In this document: positions 40,835 through 53,649 of the stretch, piece by piece | How positions within the stretch are numbered: the stretch's first letter is position 1 | Layout of the letters: each line of letters starts with the position of its first letter | Origin: Octopus vulgaris | Lineage: Eukaryota | NCBI GenBank assembly: GCA_951406725.2 | Contig: OX597819.1 | Location: 10,912,001 to 10,976,000 of the forward strand | Direction: 5' to 3' | DNA length: 64,000 nt | Notes under the pieces: model-generated | The model's input: the letters and a program-made list of their open reading frames with translations, nothing else | Database searches by the model: none | Told to the model about the DNA's origin: nothing | Program-made: the position numbers and the translations under genes

Positions 40835-42761
40835 TGGTATAATGAAAAGTATGTCTGATGAGGGTGCTCAATGCTAGAATGGAGGCTTGTAGATGTGTGT
40901 TGGAAATGTGGGCATAGTTTAACAGAAAAATGAGGCAGCTAAAGCAATTGTGGTTGTCAGAGTAGTGGATCGGATTATTTAAAGCTTACTCTAATCTTCA
41001 AAAACTTGACAGTAACATTTATCTCTGCATTTTCTCCTCAATCAGGACTGGCAGTTGCACAAAATGATTGGTTTTATGAAGCCTTTTTGTGGATTACCTC
41101 AACAAATGACAACTAACCTTATTCTTGCAGCTGGTGACATGCTAGAATCCGAAGGGTTCCACAATGTACATTAAAACTGTTGTGGTGAAATCCGACACCC
41201 CTGTGGGTTAGCAAGTGAACTATCCTAAACCTTATAAAGGCACATGCACTGTGACAGTGTGGGGTATAGTGTGGTTTGTGCAGTCAAATTTGTGAAGGCA
41301 GTTGTAGAAGTGAGATTAGTTTGTTACATGTTTGTTACTGATTCAGTTTTTGTAGTGTTATAATACTGTTACAGTGTAGTCTATATCCAAACTCAAGGAT
41401 ATGATAGAAGCTATATATACACAATATATAAGTGTGTGCATGTTTGCATGTGTATGTACACATGTCAGAGTGGTTGTGTATGTGTGTATATATATGTCTA
41501 TATATAAATCTTAGGGTAGCAAGAACCTTGGCATAATTTCATCTCAGTTCGTAAAGACAGACGGAAGGTCACTAAGCATTTTGTCAGATGCACTAACAAT
41601 TCTGCCAGTTCACTGATGATGATGATGAGATAAATCAAAAGCAGCAACAACAATAATAGTAACAATAATTCTTTCATATCTTGGCACAATAATAACAATA
41701 ATGATTTCTTTTATCAGCCGCAATTGTCCAAGATATTAGGAAGAGTACAAAGGTGAAATACAAAAGAGAACAAGAAAGAGGGAGAGATTTACTTCAAGTA
41801 AAAGAGTGAAGTCAATAATTAGAGTAAGAATACATTAATAAATAGCAATAACAATATTGAACAATGCAAGGAAGGATCCCTAAAATGGTTAGGAAGCAAC
41901 TACATAGATTAATTCTAAGGTACTCAAACACAACATCAGATTACTGAGACACATCAAAGGCAAGTGCTGTCTCCTAGTTGTTGCTGCCAAACTACAGCAT
42001 ATTTAGAGTAGACCCATTTAGTCATGACAATTTCCCCACTCATTCCCACCTTACATAAAAATTTACTAGAGGGCAGCACCTCAAATTCAATTCTCCCACC
42101 TTCCTCTTCAAGCGGTGATAATAATGATAATAATTTATATTCACTTTCCTGTGAAGTGATAATTAATCCAAACATCTCTCTCAGTAATATGTTAAAATCA
42201 ATATTTAATCCTAACACCATCTGACAGTAAACATTCAGAGAATATATTCATCACACTTAACATTTTATGTTATAGCTTGTAGTCTGAGACTGAGATAGTT
42301 ATCACAAGGATTTTAATTTGCAGCAGTTTCGGCAGTATGATGCTCATTAACTCCATAAAAGCAGATGTGATAAAGAAGCCACTGTATGTGTCTTCTTTCA
42401 AATGAATTAACACAGATGCCTTTAATCAGTCACTCGAGTTGTTAGAAATAGCAACAAAATTCCCCCAAATCACTCTTCATTGTTTTAAACAAGGATAGAC
42501 ATACTAGATAATGTCTTCTCCCATGTCCCTAAGGAGATGGGAAGGTTATAGGCTAATATGCTCGATCAGGATTGACCTAGGGTTAAATAACTAACAATAT
42601 TTGAGATAAACTAACAAGGAAGGAAGCCATCACACAACCAGTCAACATGCTGCTGGTATCCTTCAAACCACTTCCAACTATTTCTATGTGAACAATAAGC
42701 TTACTTTTAATTAAGGTATGAGAAGTTAATAGTAAAAATTTTACACAAGAGGGACTTTTAA

Positions 42762-42982
42762 CCCTTTCATTACCGTATTTATTTTGAGATGCTCTGTGTT
42801 TCTTTCAATTATTGTAAATATAACAAAGAATTTAGTAAAATAACTTTGCTATCATTAAGCTAGTGTTAGGAACATAAATTATGATTAAGGTTCGGTGGAA
42901 GATTTTAATTCAAAACTTAAGAAAACAAGACATTTGTACTACAGAGCCAGAGGCGGTTTTGGCCAGGTTGGTAATGAAAGGG
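42762..42982. mobile_element. TTAA MITE family 2
   Basis: TTAA|CCCTTTCATTACC...GGTAATGAAAGGG|TTAA. Confidence 0.9.
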
Positions 42983-43254
42983 TTAAAGTACATCATTTAA
43001 ACAAGCTGCAGTTTTTCTCTGTTTATGATGCAAGATCATACGGTTATAGGTTCAACCATTGTACAGCTAATGCCTATAGTATCTTTGAGCACTGCATCAA
43101 ATATGTCAGCATCTACTTTACTATGAATTTTTATGTGACAGCCTTCCATGAGTACTTTTCTAAGTTATTATTTTGATACAACTTTACTGCCTCAGTTCAA
43201 AAGTTTGACCAACTTGAAAACTATTCAAATTCCCAATTCATAACTCAGACTCTT

Positions 43255-43990
43255 GGAAGTAGGACAGACAGGTGAGTAGACACAGAACGAGTAATAGAAC
43301 AGTGTAGCTCAACCAGTAGGACATGGGAAGCACTCCGTCGGTTACGACGACGAGGGTTCCGGTTGATCCGATCAATGGAACAGCCTGCTCGTGAAATTAA
43401 CGTGTAAATGGCTGAGCACTCCACAGACACGTGTACCCTTAACGTAGTTCTCGGGGATATTCAGCGTGACACAGAGAGTCACAGGTACAACAGAAACAGG
43501 AAGTAAGAGTGAGAGAAAGTTATGGTGAAAGAGTACAGTAGGGATCACCACCATCCCTGCCGGAGCCTCGTGGAGCTTTAGGTGTTTTCGCTCAATAAAC
43601 ACTCACAATGCCCGGTCTGGGAATCGAAACCGCGATCCTATGACCATGAGTCCACTGCCCTAACCACTGGGCCATTGCGCCTCCACCCCAGTAGGACATA
43701 CTGAAGAACAGGTAACAGTAATGGCAGTAGAATTGTTAGTGGGATAGGCAGGAGTACAAACAGTACAGACAGTAGAACATGCAATAAGACAGGCAATAGG
43801 ATATTCGTTAGAGCTGGCAATTGGACAACCAATAGAAGAAGTAGTGGAACAAGCAGGCGAGGCAACAAAACAAGTAGGAGGATAGGCAATAAGAGGGATG
43901 TTAAGACAAATAGTAGAGCAGGAAATAGCAAAGGCAACAAAACTGACACCAGGGAGAGATGCAGAGCTAAGCAACTCATGCAGAATGTGT
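43255..43990 (+). pseudogene. Decayed reading frame of 12-bp (A/T-V/I-E/G-Q) repeats, split by a SINE
   Basis: Frame from 43688 reads PVGH TEEQ..LVG* AGVQ..TVEH AIRQ AIGY..AIGQ PIEE VVEQ..IVEQ; both internal stops are TAG at Gln positions. Confidence 0.45.
43325..43687 (-). mobile_element. SINE family C with ~21-bp internal deletion
   Basis: 12-bp TSD CCAGTAGGACAT at 43313-43324 and 43688-43699. Confidence 0.92.
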
Positions 43991-44276
43991 GAATTATTAA
44001 AATCTGCCTGATTCTGGCCAAAAATGGAAACATACAGGTATATTATTTTACACTGCAATGTGTAAGAAATAGCAATATTGATTACAGATAGCCAACAGGC
44101 TAATCACTGGTTCATTACATTTCTGACAGTGTGAGTGACAGAGGAAACTCCCTTACTCAGTACACAATAAATATTTCAAACGATTTTATTTAAGCGCTAC
44201 TTTGTTGTTGTTTTTTTTTACACTTACCAATGTTTAAATCCTTCACTGATATACATGGGTGAAAGGTATTTAAATA

Positions 44277-44676
44277 TCTTTATATATAAAAGTAAGGTTG
44301 TGTGCTGTCTGTCTCCTACGATTTAGATTCCTAACTTCTCCCACATTTTGCGGTGCAGTGTAACCAAAAGTGGGTATCTTATAGTCGTGATTCATATCGA
44401 GCCCTTCTGGGTATTAGCACACGTCTACGATGAGTCTACGATTTAAAAAAAAATTTACCATAATTTTTTCCCATTTTTTAATGCATTTTTTTGCTATTAT
44501 ATAAGGGAAGTAACTCTCTAAAAATGTATTATTAAATCTCAGAACGTAAAAAGCTACAGTAACACCCCCTTTGTGGTTGGAGCCATATTGAGATGGCTAT
44601 TATACTTTACATCTCTAAAAATGCTTATATAGTTATTTCCCTTACAAACCCAAGCAACGCCGGGCGATACAGCTAG
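44277..44676 (+). mobile_element. Non-autonomous Helitron
   Basis: A|TC start, subterminal GC-rich hairpin CCCAAGCAACGCCGGG, CTAG|T end, no TSD. Confidence 0.9.
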
Positions 44677-45492
44677 TTTATTAATATAAGATGAGCTTCC
44701 ACATGATTTCTGTCTACTAAATGTCACTTAGCCATCTAAGGTTATTGTTGAAAATACTTGTCCAAGGTGCTGAACGGATGGATCAAACACAAAATCGAGT
44801 GGTTATAACATGAACTTCTTCACCACACAGTAACTCTATTTTCAAAAATAAAATAAGAACGAGGTAGATTTTGTAAGAAAACTCAATATTTTATGGTTGT
44901 GTAGAAGAAGTTAACCACAGATAGTTGCATAATAGACTTAGTTCACATTGAAGATGTACAAGATACAGAAATAAGTTGTCTATTGATATAGAACTTGTAG
45001 GAAATATTAAACATCATCTAAACAATATAATATTTACAGTCACTTACAAAGAAAGATGATTTTGATAAAAATATGAAAAATAGACAAAAAAAAAATCTAA
45101 ATAATTTTCATGAACTATCCTTCGTTATATGAAAAAGAAACCAGTAAATAAACTTCTTATACAGAGAAATACAAATGTGTCAACCACTGCTGTGAGGCCT
45201 TCATTTGTGCAACAATAGTCATAGCATAATGTATTCACAGGCATTATTCTAGAAACAAAATGAGAAAGCCGCAAGTACATAAACTTGCTCACTTATTTTG
45301 AATGTACACACACATAGTATGGTTGACACAAGAGAAACATGGCAAATGATGGAAACTTTCCACAATACACTTGAATTCAAATGAAGTTATATTTCTATTC
45401 AATTCTTTTCAATCATTAAATCTGAAAGTGTAGAAAATTCACACTCATAGAGTTGGGACATATAATGAGTCATATTTACATGAGAGACATTT

Positions 45493-46097
45493 TGGTTGTT
45501 GTTTAGCTTCAAGTCAGCCATTACCACCCCACCTTCTTTTGGTTATTTAGGGCTACATTATCTAATGAGCCCCTCTCTTTTCAAGATAGTTGGATGAAAT
45601 ATGAGGGAGATTTAGGCTCTGTTTCATGCAGGCTGAATGACTATCCACACTCCTGCATCAGTCATGCATGATGTTGTTTATCTCCAGGTCAGCTCTGATC
45701 AAGCAAACAAATGATCAAAAGACATTCCAACTATGAACATCCTTCTTTATTTTTTCTGATATGGTGTATGTAAATCACATTCCTCAAAATGTCACTTTTT
45801 TAAGTCAAAAGGATATGATTTGAAGCAGATATAGTTACTATTTCTAGCAGAATAAGCAACCACATAGAGCCTTCTTGTTGGTTCAGTTAATATTGTATAC
45901 TATTTTGTTGTTGTTTAGTTGCAGGTGATCAAGCAGGCTTATGGTCAAAGATATTCTGGCCATGATAGTCCTGTCTTTTTCTTGTGTACCGGAAACACAA
46001 GACCACATTACTCAATGCACGAGTGTGATTTGGGGAGCGATTTAGCTGCTATTTATTGCTGGTGAAGTAACCATGCGAAGGCTCACTTTTTGGTTCA
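45493..46097 (-). mobile_element. Three adjacent old copies of a retroposon-like family with (ACA)n tail
   Basis: Each starts TTGTTGTTTA on the + strand and shares GATTTG..G..GAT.TAG.T.CT.TTT; related pieces near 34645-35070 and 42425-42597. Confidence 0.55.
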
Positions 46098-46558
46098 GTT
46101 ATTATTGCTTGTGTTTGATACTGAGCATGCATATGTACTTCCATGCATGTGTATGAGCTTTCACCACCAGTATATATAAGATTATAAAGTAAAAACATAG
46201 AGACAGGTTGTTTGCCTGAAATAGAGAGGTTTTGATGGCCACCACTTTCCTCTATAGTCAGTTTAGTATTTATTAAACTACAACAATCATATTTCAGTTG
46301 CCTTTACTCTTTCATTTTTTTTTTATTTGTGAGTTAGTCATTGGCAGTAGGAGCAGCAGTGCAGGGCCCGTTACCTTTGCAGAACCACTCAGATTGGTGA
46401 GGCTGATGCAGCTGCTCTGCCCAGCCTGGACTTTGCCAGTCAATGTCTGCAGGAAAATGTACATTGAATCTGTCTGATCTGGATGTTTGAAACATTAAGA
46501 ATTCTGCTAAAATCATCCTTGAACCAGGTTCAATTTGTATTGATTTTACTCTTTTAAA

Positions 46559-47515
46559 ATGAGTTTAGATCAAATCAATATCAAACACTGCATCCTAAAT
46601 GAATTTAAAAGGAGCTCTTCAGCAATGGAAATTGCAAGAAATATTCATTCTATCTATGGAAACGACGTTTTAAGAATCTGGACAGTCTAACGATGGTGTA
46701 ACCAGTTTCATTTGCAAAAGTTTTCTCTTACCAATTCCCCTTAATCTGGATGACAAAGTTCTGTCAATATTGAACTTCTAAAAACCATAGGTGAGAAAAA
46801 TCCAAAGCATACTGCTCAAGAATTAGCAAAACAGTACAATTCAATTCACACTTTGATCATAAAATACCTTTATGAATTAAGAAAAATGTCTAAACTTGGT
46901 CAGTGGGTCTCTCATCACCTGACTGCTTCTCATGTTAATCAAAGAGTTGCTCTCTGCTTGTCAATGAAAAGTAGACTAGCTATTAAACCCTCTCTGAGTC
47001 GAATCATCATATGTGATGAGAAGTGGTTTTGTTATTATCATATCCAACAAAAATAACAATGGTTAACACCCAATGGAAAAGGAGAATCCACCCTGCAAAC
47101 TAGGACTACACCTGAAAAAGTTGTTCTATGTTCAAATATGAAGGGTGTCATCTGTCATAAAGTGTTAAATTAAAATAAAACAATTAATGCAGAGAGGTAT
47201 TGTCATCAGTTGGAAGCATTGCATGAATATTTGCAGAAAACGTTCCCATCATTAGTTAATCATAAAAGAGGGTTGCTCTTGCACAATAATACAATACCAC
47301 ATACTGCTCAAGTCACTCAGCAAAAGATTATGACCCTAAAGTTTTGCCTTGCTCTCCTTAATCTTCTGATCTTGCTCCATCTGATTATCACTATCATCTT
47401 TTCAGAGCATTGCAACACTATTTAAAGGAATAACAAGTTATTGTGAAGAGGTTGAAAATGATAAAGAATATTTCATTGCTTTACAATCTGAAGACTTTAT
47501 GCCTAAGGGATCAGC
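46559..47515 (+). mobile_element. Decayed mariner transposase
   Basis: N-terminal HCILNEFK..EIARNI, KLGQWVSHHL (WVPHEL), CDEKW, LLHNNTIPH, SDLAPSDYH; multiple stops. Confidence 0.9.
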
Positions 47516-47538
47516 AACTCTGAGTTTCACGTTGCAAA

Positions 47539-47580
47539 AACTGTCCGATGAACGGCAACGTGAAACTCAGAGTAACAGGT
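47539..47580 (+). ncRNA. Minimal type I hammerhead motif (U4C variant)
   Basis: CTGT-CCGATGA-ACG-GCAA-CGT-GAAAC-TCAGA-GTA-ACAG. Confidence 0.75.
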
Positions 47581-47621
47581 TTTGTTGAATTTTCTGCTGC
47601 TTTAAATAAAGTATATGTATG

Positions 47622-47695
<74 letters not shown>

Positions 47696-47703
47696 GTATA
47701 TAC

Positions 47704-47767
<64 letters not shown>

Positions 47768-47915
47768 GGTTTAAGTAATTGAGATTCAAGTGAATTCTAA
47801 TGAATTCACATGAATATGGTCCTTAACTAGGATGCACCGGAAATCTATATGGTGTTAACCATACAACAAGTGGGGTGATTACAAATAGGAAAAAAGCAAC
47901 AAGAATGGATTAAAA

Positions 47916-48003
47916 TCTCGGTACAATTGTTTCGTACGAGGACATCTTTAATAAGCTACAAAAAATGCAGTAAATACAGATGGCTCGTACTCGTCAGCCG
48001 AAA
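47916..48003 (-). ncRNA. Intact type I hammerhead motif with ~57-nt helix II domain
   Basis: TTTCGG-CTGACGA-GTACGAG...CTCGTAC-GAAAC-AATT-GTA-CCGAGA. Confidence 0.88.
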
Positions 48004-48530
48004 AAACATCAGAGAATTCCCAAACATCAAAAGGGGTAGATACAAAAGAGGGTGTAAGATTAACTGCATTGAAGAAAGTTTGATTCCTGGAGATCCGATG
48101 AAAGGTTTTAAACTTACAGAATTTGTGCATGTCTATATATAGCTCATATTGAATTGCTAAATACAAAGTAAGATAGGGGTTATGGGTGAAACCCACTATG
48201 GGATATTAATCATCCAATATACTGTTGGTAAAGTACCCAATTTCTTAATACATAAATGTTTTTAATTGCAATGCAATTAATTCATTTATTGTATTAAATG
48301 GGTGACGGTAAAAAAATATCTTTACCGTAAATTTATAATACAAATAAGAAAATGGAGAAACAAATTTGGTTTGTTCATCAACTTACGGATATTATAATGT
48401 TGGATTATTTATTCATTTTACAAATGGGAACATCAAAAGCATACAAAAAATATTATATAAATCAATAGATAAGATAATAATACAAAAACAGATTTTAAAA
48501 GTCATAGTATGAATTAATGAAATCCTAAAA

Positions 48531-48675
48531 ATTACTTTTTACAGCTGTTTCAGCCTATGGTCAAAAGTGAATCTAATTTTCATTGCCTATAGATGTCAAT
48601 ATACTAAGTTTGTAGGCATTTAAAAAATATAATACTTATATATTAAAAAAACCATAGGCCTCATCAGAAGTTATA
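48531..48675 (-). ncRNA. Type I hammerhead motif with ~109-nt helix II domain
   Basis: CTGATGA-GGCCTATGGT...ACCATAGGCT-GAAAC-AGCT-GTA; helix I short. Confidence 0.8.
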
Positions 48676-48736
48676 ATTAACTTTTAACATATTAATAATA
48701 ATATTAGTATACCATTTTCTTATTTGTATTATACAT

Positions 48737-48767
<31 letters not shown>

Positions 48768-48768
<1 letters not shown>

Positions 48769-49954
48769 CATCATCATCATCATCATCATCATCATTTAAC
48801 GTCCGCTTTCCATGCTAGCATGGGTTGGACGGTTCAACTGGGGTCTGGGAGCCCGAAAGCTGCACCAGTCCAGTCAGATCTGGCAGTGTTTCTACAGCTG
48901 GATGCCCTTCCTAACGCCAACCACTCCGAGAGTGTAGTGGGTGATTTTATGTGCCACCGACACAGGTGCCAGACGAGGCTGGCAAACGGCCATGCTCGGA
49001 TGGTGTTTTTTTTTATGTGCCACCGACACAGGTGCCAGACGAGGCTGGCAGACGGCCACGCTTGGATGGTGTTTTTATGTGTCACCGACACAGGTGCCAG
49101 ATGAGGCTGGCAAACGGCCACGATCGGATGGTGTTTGTTACGTGCCCACAGCACGGAGGCCAGTCGATGCGGTACTGGCTACGGCCACATTCGGATGGTT
49201 TTCTTGTGTGCCACGTGCCACCGGCACTGGTACCACAAAGATACAAATTCCATTGATGTTCATCTATTTTGATTTGTTTTGATTTTCACTTGCCTCAACA
49301 GGTCTTCACAAGTGTCACAAGAAGGAAGGTAAGCACAGGTGTACTGACTACGTCCCAGGTAAGGGCCACGGGTTATGGCCTGACTAGTCTTGCCGGGTCT
49401 TCGGATGGTGTTTTTATGTGCCACCGACATAGGTGCCAGATGAGGCTGGCGAACGGCCACGATCGGATGGTGTTTGTTACGTGCCCACAGCACGGAGGCC
49501 ATTCGATGCGGTACTGGCTACAGCCACGTTCGGATGGTTTTCTTGTGTGCCACCGGCACTGGTACCACAAAGGTACAAATTCCATTAATGTTCATCTATT
49601 TTGATTTGTTTTGATTTGATTTTATTTGATGTTGATTTTCACTTGCCTCAACAGGTCTTCACAAGTGTCACAAGAAGGAAGGTATGCACAGGTGGACTGA
49701 CTACGTCCCAGGTAGGGGCCACAGGTTATGGCCTGACTAGTCTTGCCGGGTCTTCGGATGGTGTTTTTATGTGCCACCGACACAGGTGCTAGATGAGGCT
49801 GGCGAACGGCCACGATCGGATAGTGTTTGTTATGTGCCCACAGCACGATGGCCAGTGATGCGGTACTCACTACGGCCACGTTCGGATGGATTCTTGTGTG
49901 CCACCGGCACTGGTACCACAAAGATACAAATTCCATTGATGTTCATCTATTTTG
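48768..49954 (-). mobile_element. Long family E copy with ~345-bp internal tandem duplications
   Basis: (ATG)n tail, Meta-like domain, ~60-bp units; GATACAAATTCCATTGATGTTCATCTATTTTG-like block three times. Confidence 0.85.
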
Positions 49955-50108
49955 ATATATATATACACATATGTATATGTAATATATATACATATATATA
50001 TGTATTTACGTATAAGTATATATATATGTATATATATATTTATATATATATGTATATATACATATATATATATATGTATATATATATATGTATATATATA
50101 TTTATATA

Positions 50109-50190
<82 letters not shown>

Positions 50191-50199
50191 CATATATAA

Positions 50200-50237
<38 letters not shown>

Positions 50238-50420
50238 GTTTAAATATTTGTTGTGCAAGATTTTTTATGTGAAGTCGTGTGTTGAAACAGATATTGTTAT
50301 ATTTCGGAATGGTCATTAAGATTAATGTAAAAAATAAATATCACTGAAGCAAAATAACACCAAATATATAGTGTGTGTGTTTTTATTGGCTAAACTGGCA
50401 ATATGACCATTCCGAAATAT

Positions 50421-50456
<36 letters not shown>

Positions 50457-51021
50457 GAAAAATTATATGTACAAATACATACATGACTGCTACTGTTATA
50501 TTTAGAGCTCTATGTAGATATTCATAACCAGTCTGTTTTCTGTACTGACTACTATCCAGAATAGTATTACCAGTTATGAGCTACAGAGCAAATGAATAGG
50601 AAAAATAAGGATAAACACATATTTCACCATTATGGTTGTCCTGTGATGGAAGTTCCAAGAGCATTGAGGTGCTCCACCAGAATGGATCTTCGGGCAACAC
50701 TTTATTGTTCCCTGAAGATCTGTTGTAGCTGAGCACCTCTAGGTATTTGTAACTTCCATTGCAGGGTTCCAAACAATCATAATGTGAAACATGCATGGGA
50801 ACTTTAAAATAAAAAAAACCTGTGTTTGCCTGTTGCCTGTTTCAGACATTGGACTGTGGCCATGCTGGGGCACTGCATTGAAGAATTTTTTTCAGCTGAA
50901 TGTATCGACCCTAGCACTTCGTTTTTTAAAGCTCAGTCTCTTTTGCTGAACCACTAAGTTACAGGGATGTAAACACACCAGCACCAGTTGTCAAGTGGGT
51001 GAGGCAAACACAGACGCAAAG

Positions 51022-51054
<33 letters not shown>

Positions 51055-51229
51055 CACACACACATACAAAAATACATATATATGTGTGTGTATATGTGTG
51101 TGTGTATATCTATCTATCTATCTATCTACCATAAAACATGGAATGAAATAAGACAATAATTCAAACATAGAATGTAACAGATTCCAATTTACCATATCAA
51201 CTAAAATTAACATAAATATGTTATGGAAT

Positions 51230-51700
51230 ATATAAACAAGATGTTTGTATTTTACAAAGTCTACTGGAAAAAGTATTTATATAAATTGGCCTAAAAGAAA
51301 GAGATAAAGCAATTTTGTGTTTCAGCTCATTTGTATTATAATAAGTGGGGAAGCAGATAGTAAAACAGATAATAGATGTTCTTTTAAACTGGTGGGAATA
51401 GCAATTGGTGAGTGGATTTTCACTTCCCTTTAAGTGTTTCATTATTTGAGACAACCAAAAGAGAAGCTGAGTCTGTTTTGTATTGCTTTCTCAATGTTTG
51501 TGGAAGAAGAGTAGCAAGTCAATCTGTCCTAGAACTAAGAAGCTAAGTCATGTGTTTTATCAATATGAAGCAAAGAGCCAACAGTTATGATAGAAGTAAA
51601 CAAGTCTGAGAATATTAAGTTTGACTTTTTATAGTCATGGTGGTTACCATGTTTAACACCTAGTGATAAGTCCTAATGAAACATGTAACAAAATAGTGAA
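51230..51700 (-). mobile_element. Possible heavily decayed PLE endonuclease C-terminus
   Basis: QIMKHLKGS..CYS..INTFSSRLCKIQ resembles GIY-YIG tails. Confidence 0.4.
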
Positions 51701-51738
51701 AAACCTGATTGAATCTTTGCATTTACCTTATTTTGACA

Positions 51739-52140
51739 TCTTTATATATAAAAGTGAGGTTGTGTGCTGTCTGTCTCCTACGATTTAGATTCCTAACTAC
51801 TCCCACATTTTGCAGTGCAGTTTAACCAAAACCGGGTATCTTATAGTCGTGATTCATATCGAGCCCTTCTGGGTATTAGTGAGCATCTACGATGAGTCTA
51901 CGATTTAAAAAAAAATTTACCATTATTTTTTTCCATTTTAATGCATTTTTTTCGATATCATATAAGGGAAGTAACTCTCTAAAAATGTCTACGATGAGTC
52001 AACGATTTTTAAAAAAATTTACCATCATTTTTTTTCCATTTTTAATGCATTTTTTTGCTATTTTTTGGCTATAACTCTCTAAGAATGCTTATATAGTTAT
52101 TTCCCTTACAAACCCGAGCAACGCCGGGCGATACTGCTAG
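51739..52140 (+). mobile_element. Non-autonomous Helitron
   Basis: A|TC...CCCGAGCAACGCCGGG..CTAG|T; same family as 44277. Confidence 0.9.
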
Positions 52141-52343
52141 TTATTGTATAAAAGAGCAATGGAAGTGGATTGGTAGACTTGTTATAGTGTTGGAAAAATT
52201 GTTTTATGGTATTTGTTCTCACTCTTTACATTTTGAAGTCATCTTTGCCTTTTATCCCTTCAGGATGGATAAGATAATGCACCATTTAAATACTGAACTT
52301 GATTTACTTGACTAACTCACTTCTTTAAAATTGCTGGACTTAA

Positions 52344-52561
52344 CCATTTAGTGTTCAGATTACTCTGTTAAATGTAATACTTTTTCACTCAAATTGTTTT
52401 GAATTAATCATGCATTATGTTATATCTTTGAGGTTTCAAAGATGTGATTGTCTATTTTTAGAAAGTCAATGTAGGTTAGGTGTGAGAGGCTGGATATGGC
52501 CAGTTTGAATATAAAACGTAGAATATCTGGGCCAGATATGGCCGGTTTAAACACTAAAGGG
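52344..52561. mobile_element. TTAA MITE family 1
   Basis: TTAA flanks; reverse match to 5744-5963. Confidence 0.8.
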
Positions 52562-53153
52562 TTAAATTAGAAATAATTGTGTGTGTGTGTGTGTTTGTCT
52601 GTGTATGTGTGTGTATACACACATATATACACATACTCAAACACAGACACATGCACATATGCATGCAAACACACACACACACTCACTGTAATTTATATGT
52701 CTTTTGGTCAAACCTCAAAGAGGATAAATTAGTGGTTGACTCAAAATCCAAACTGTCTTGCCTGGAGCCATATGTTTGGCCATCCTAGTAAGAGCACATA
52801 AATGCTTAGGAAGGAATACTTGGTTTGATGTAATCACAGAGACACTGTGAAAATTTTCTCAGAAATGTCATCACATTTTTTTGGTTGCCAAACATAAATT
52901 TTCTGATAAAAACACTCTGGATTTGACATTTCTTCCATATTACTCTGCTCATGATACTAAGCTTGTAGCATGGACAGTGTGTCAGTAGGAAACCTTGTTT
53001 TCAGTCAGAATATTAAGTGTTTCAGAAGTAATATTCTTCAGTTGAAATACTTAGGATGTTTAATATATGACTTTGCTTGTCACTCCTTCAACTGACTCTA
53101 CATTCAATGTTAATTTCGTTGGTGATTGTTTCTGATTTTTGTATAAATATATA

Positions 53154-53354
53154 TACTCTTTCTCTTTTACTTGTTTCAGTCATTTGACTGCGGCCATGCT
53201 GGAGCACCGCCTTTAGTCGAGCAAATCGACCCCGGGACTTATTCTTTGTAAGCCCAGTACTTATTCTATCGGTCTCTTTTGCCGAACTGCTAAGTGACGG
53301 GGACGTAAACACACCAGCATCGGTTGTCAAGCAATGCTAGGGGGACAAACACAG

Positions 53355-53402
<48 letters not shown>

Positions 53403-53564
53403 GACAGGCTTCTTTCAGTTTCCGTCTACCAAATCCACTCACAAGGCATTGGTCGGCCCGGGGCTATAGCAGAAGACACTTGCCCAAGGTGCCACGCAGT
53501 GGGACTGAACCCGGAACCATGTGGTTGGTTAGCAAGCTACTTACCACACAGTCACTCCTGCGCC
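53154..53564 (-). mobile_element. SINE family A
   Basis: Full copy. Confidence 0.9.
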
Positions 53565-53649
53565 TATATAAGAGGTATATTTAAATTATATTTTTGTGGT
53601 GTAGTTTGCACGAAAGATTTTCAATTTTTAGGAGTAATTATTATATAGA

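Noticed and set aside
50581-50815. 71-aa minus-strand ORF behind a pyrimidine tract, possible host exon
   Set aside because: No recognisable domain or convincing splice donor; needs RNA-seq
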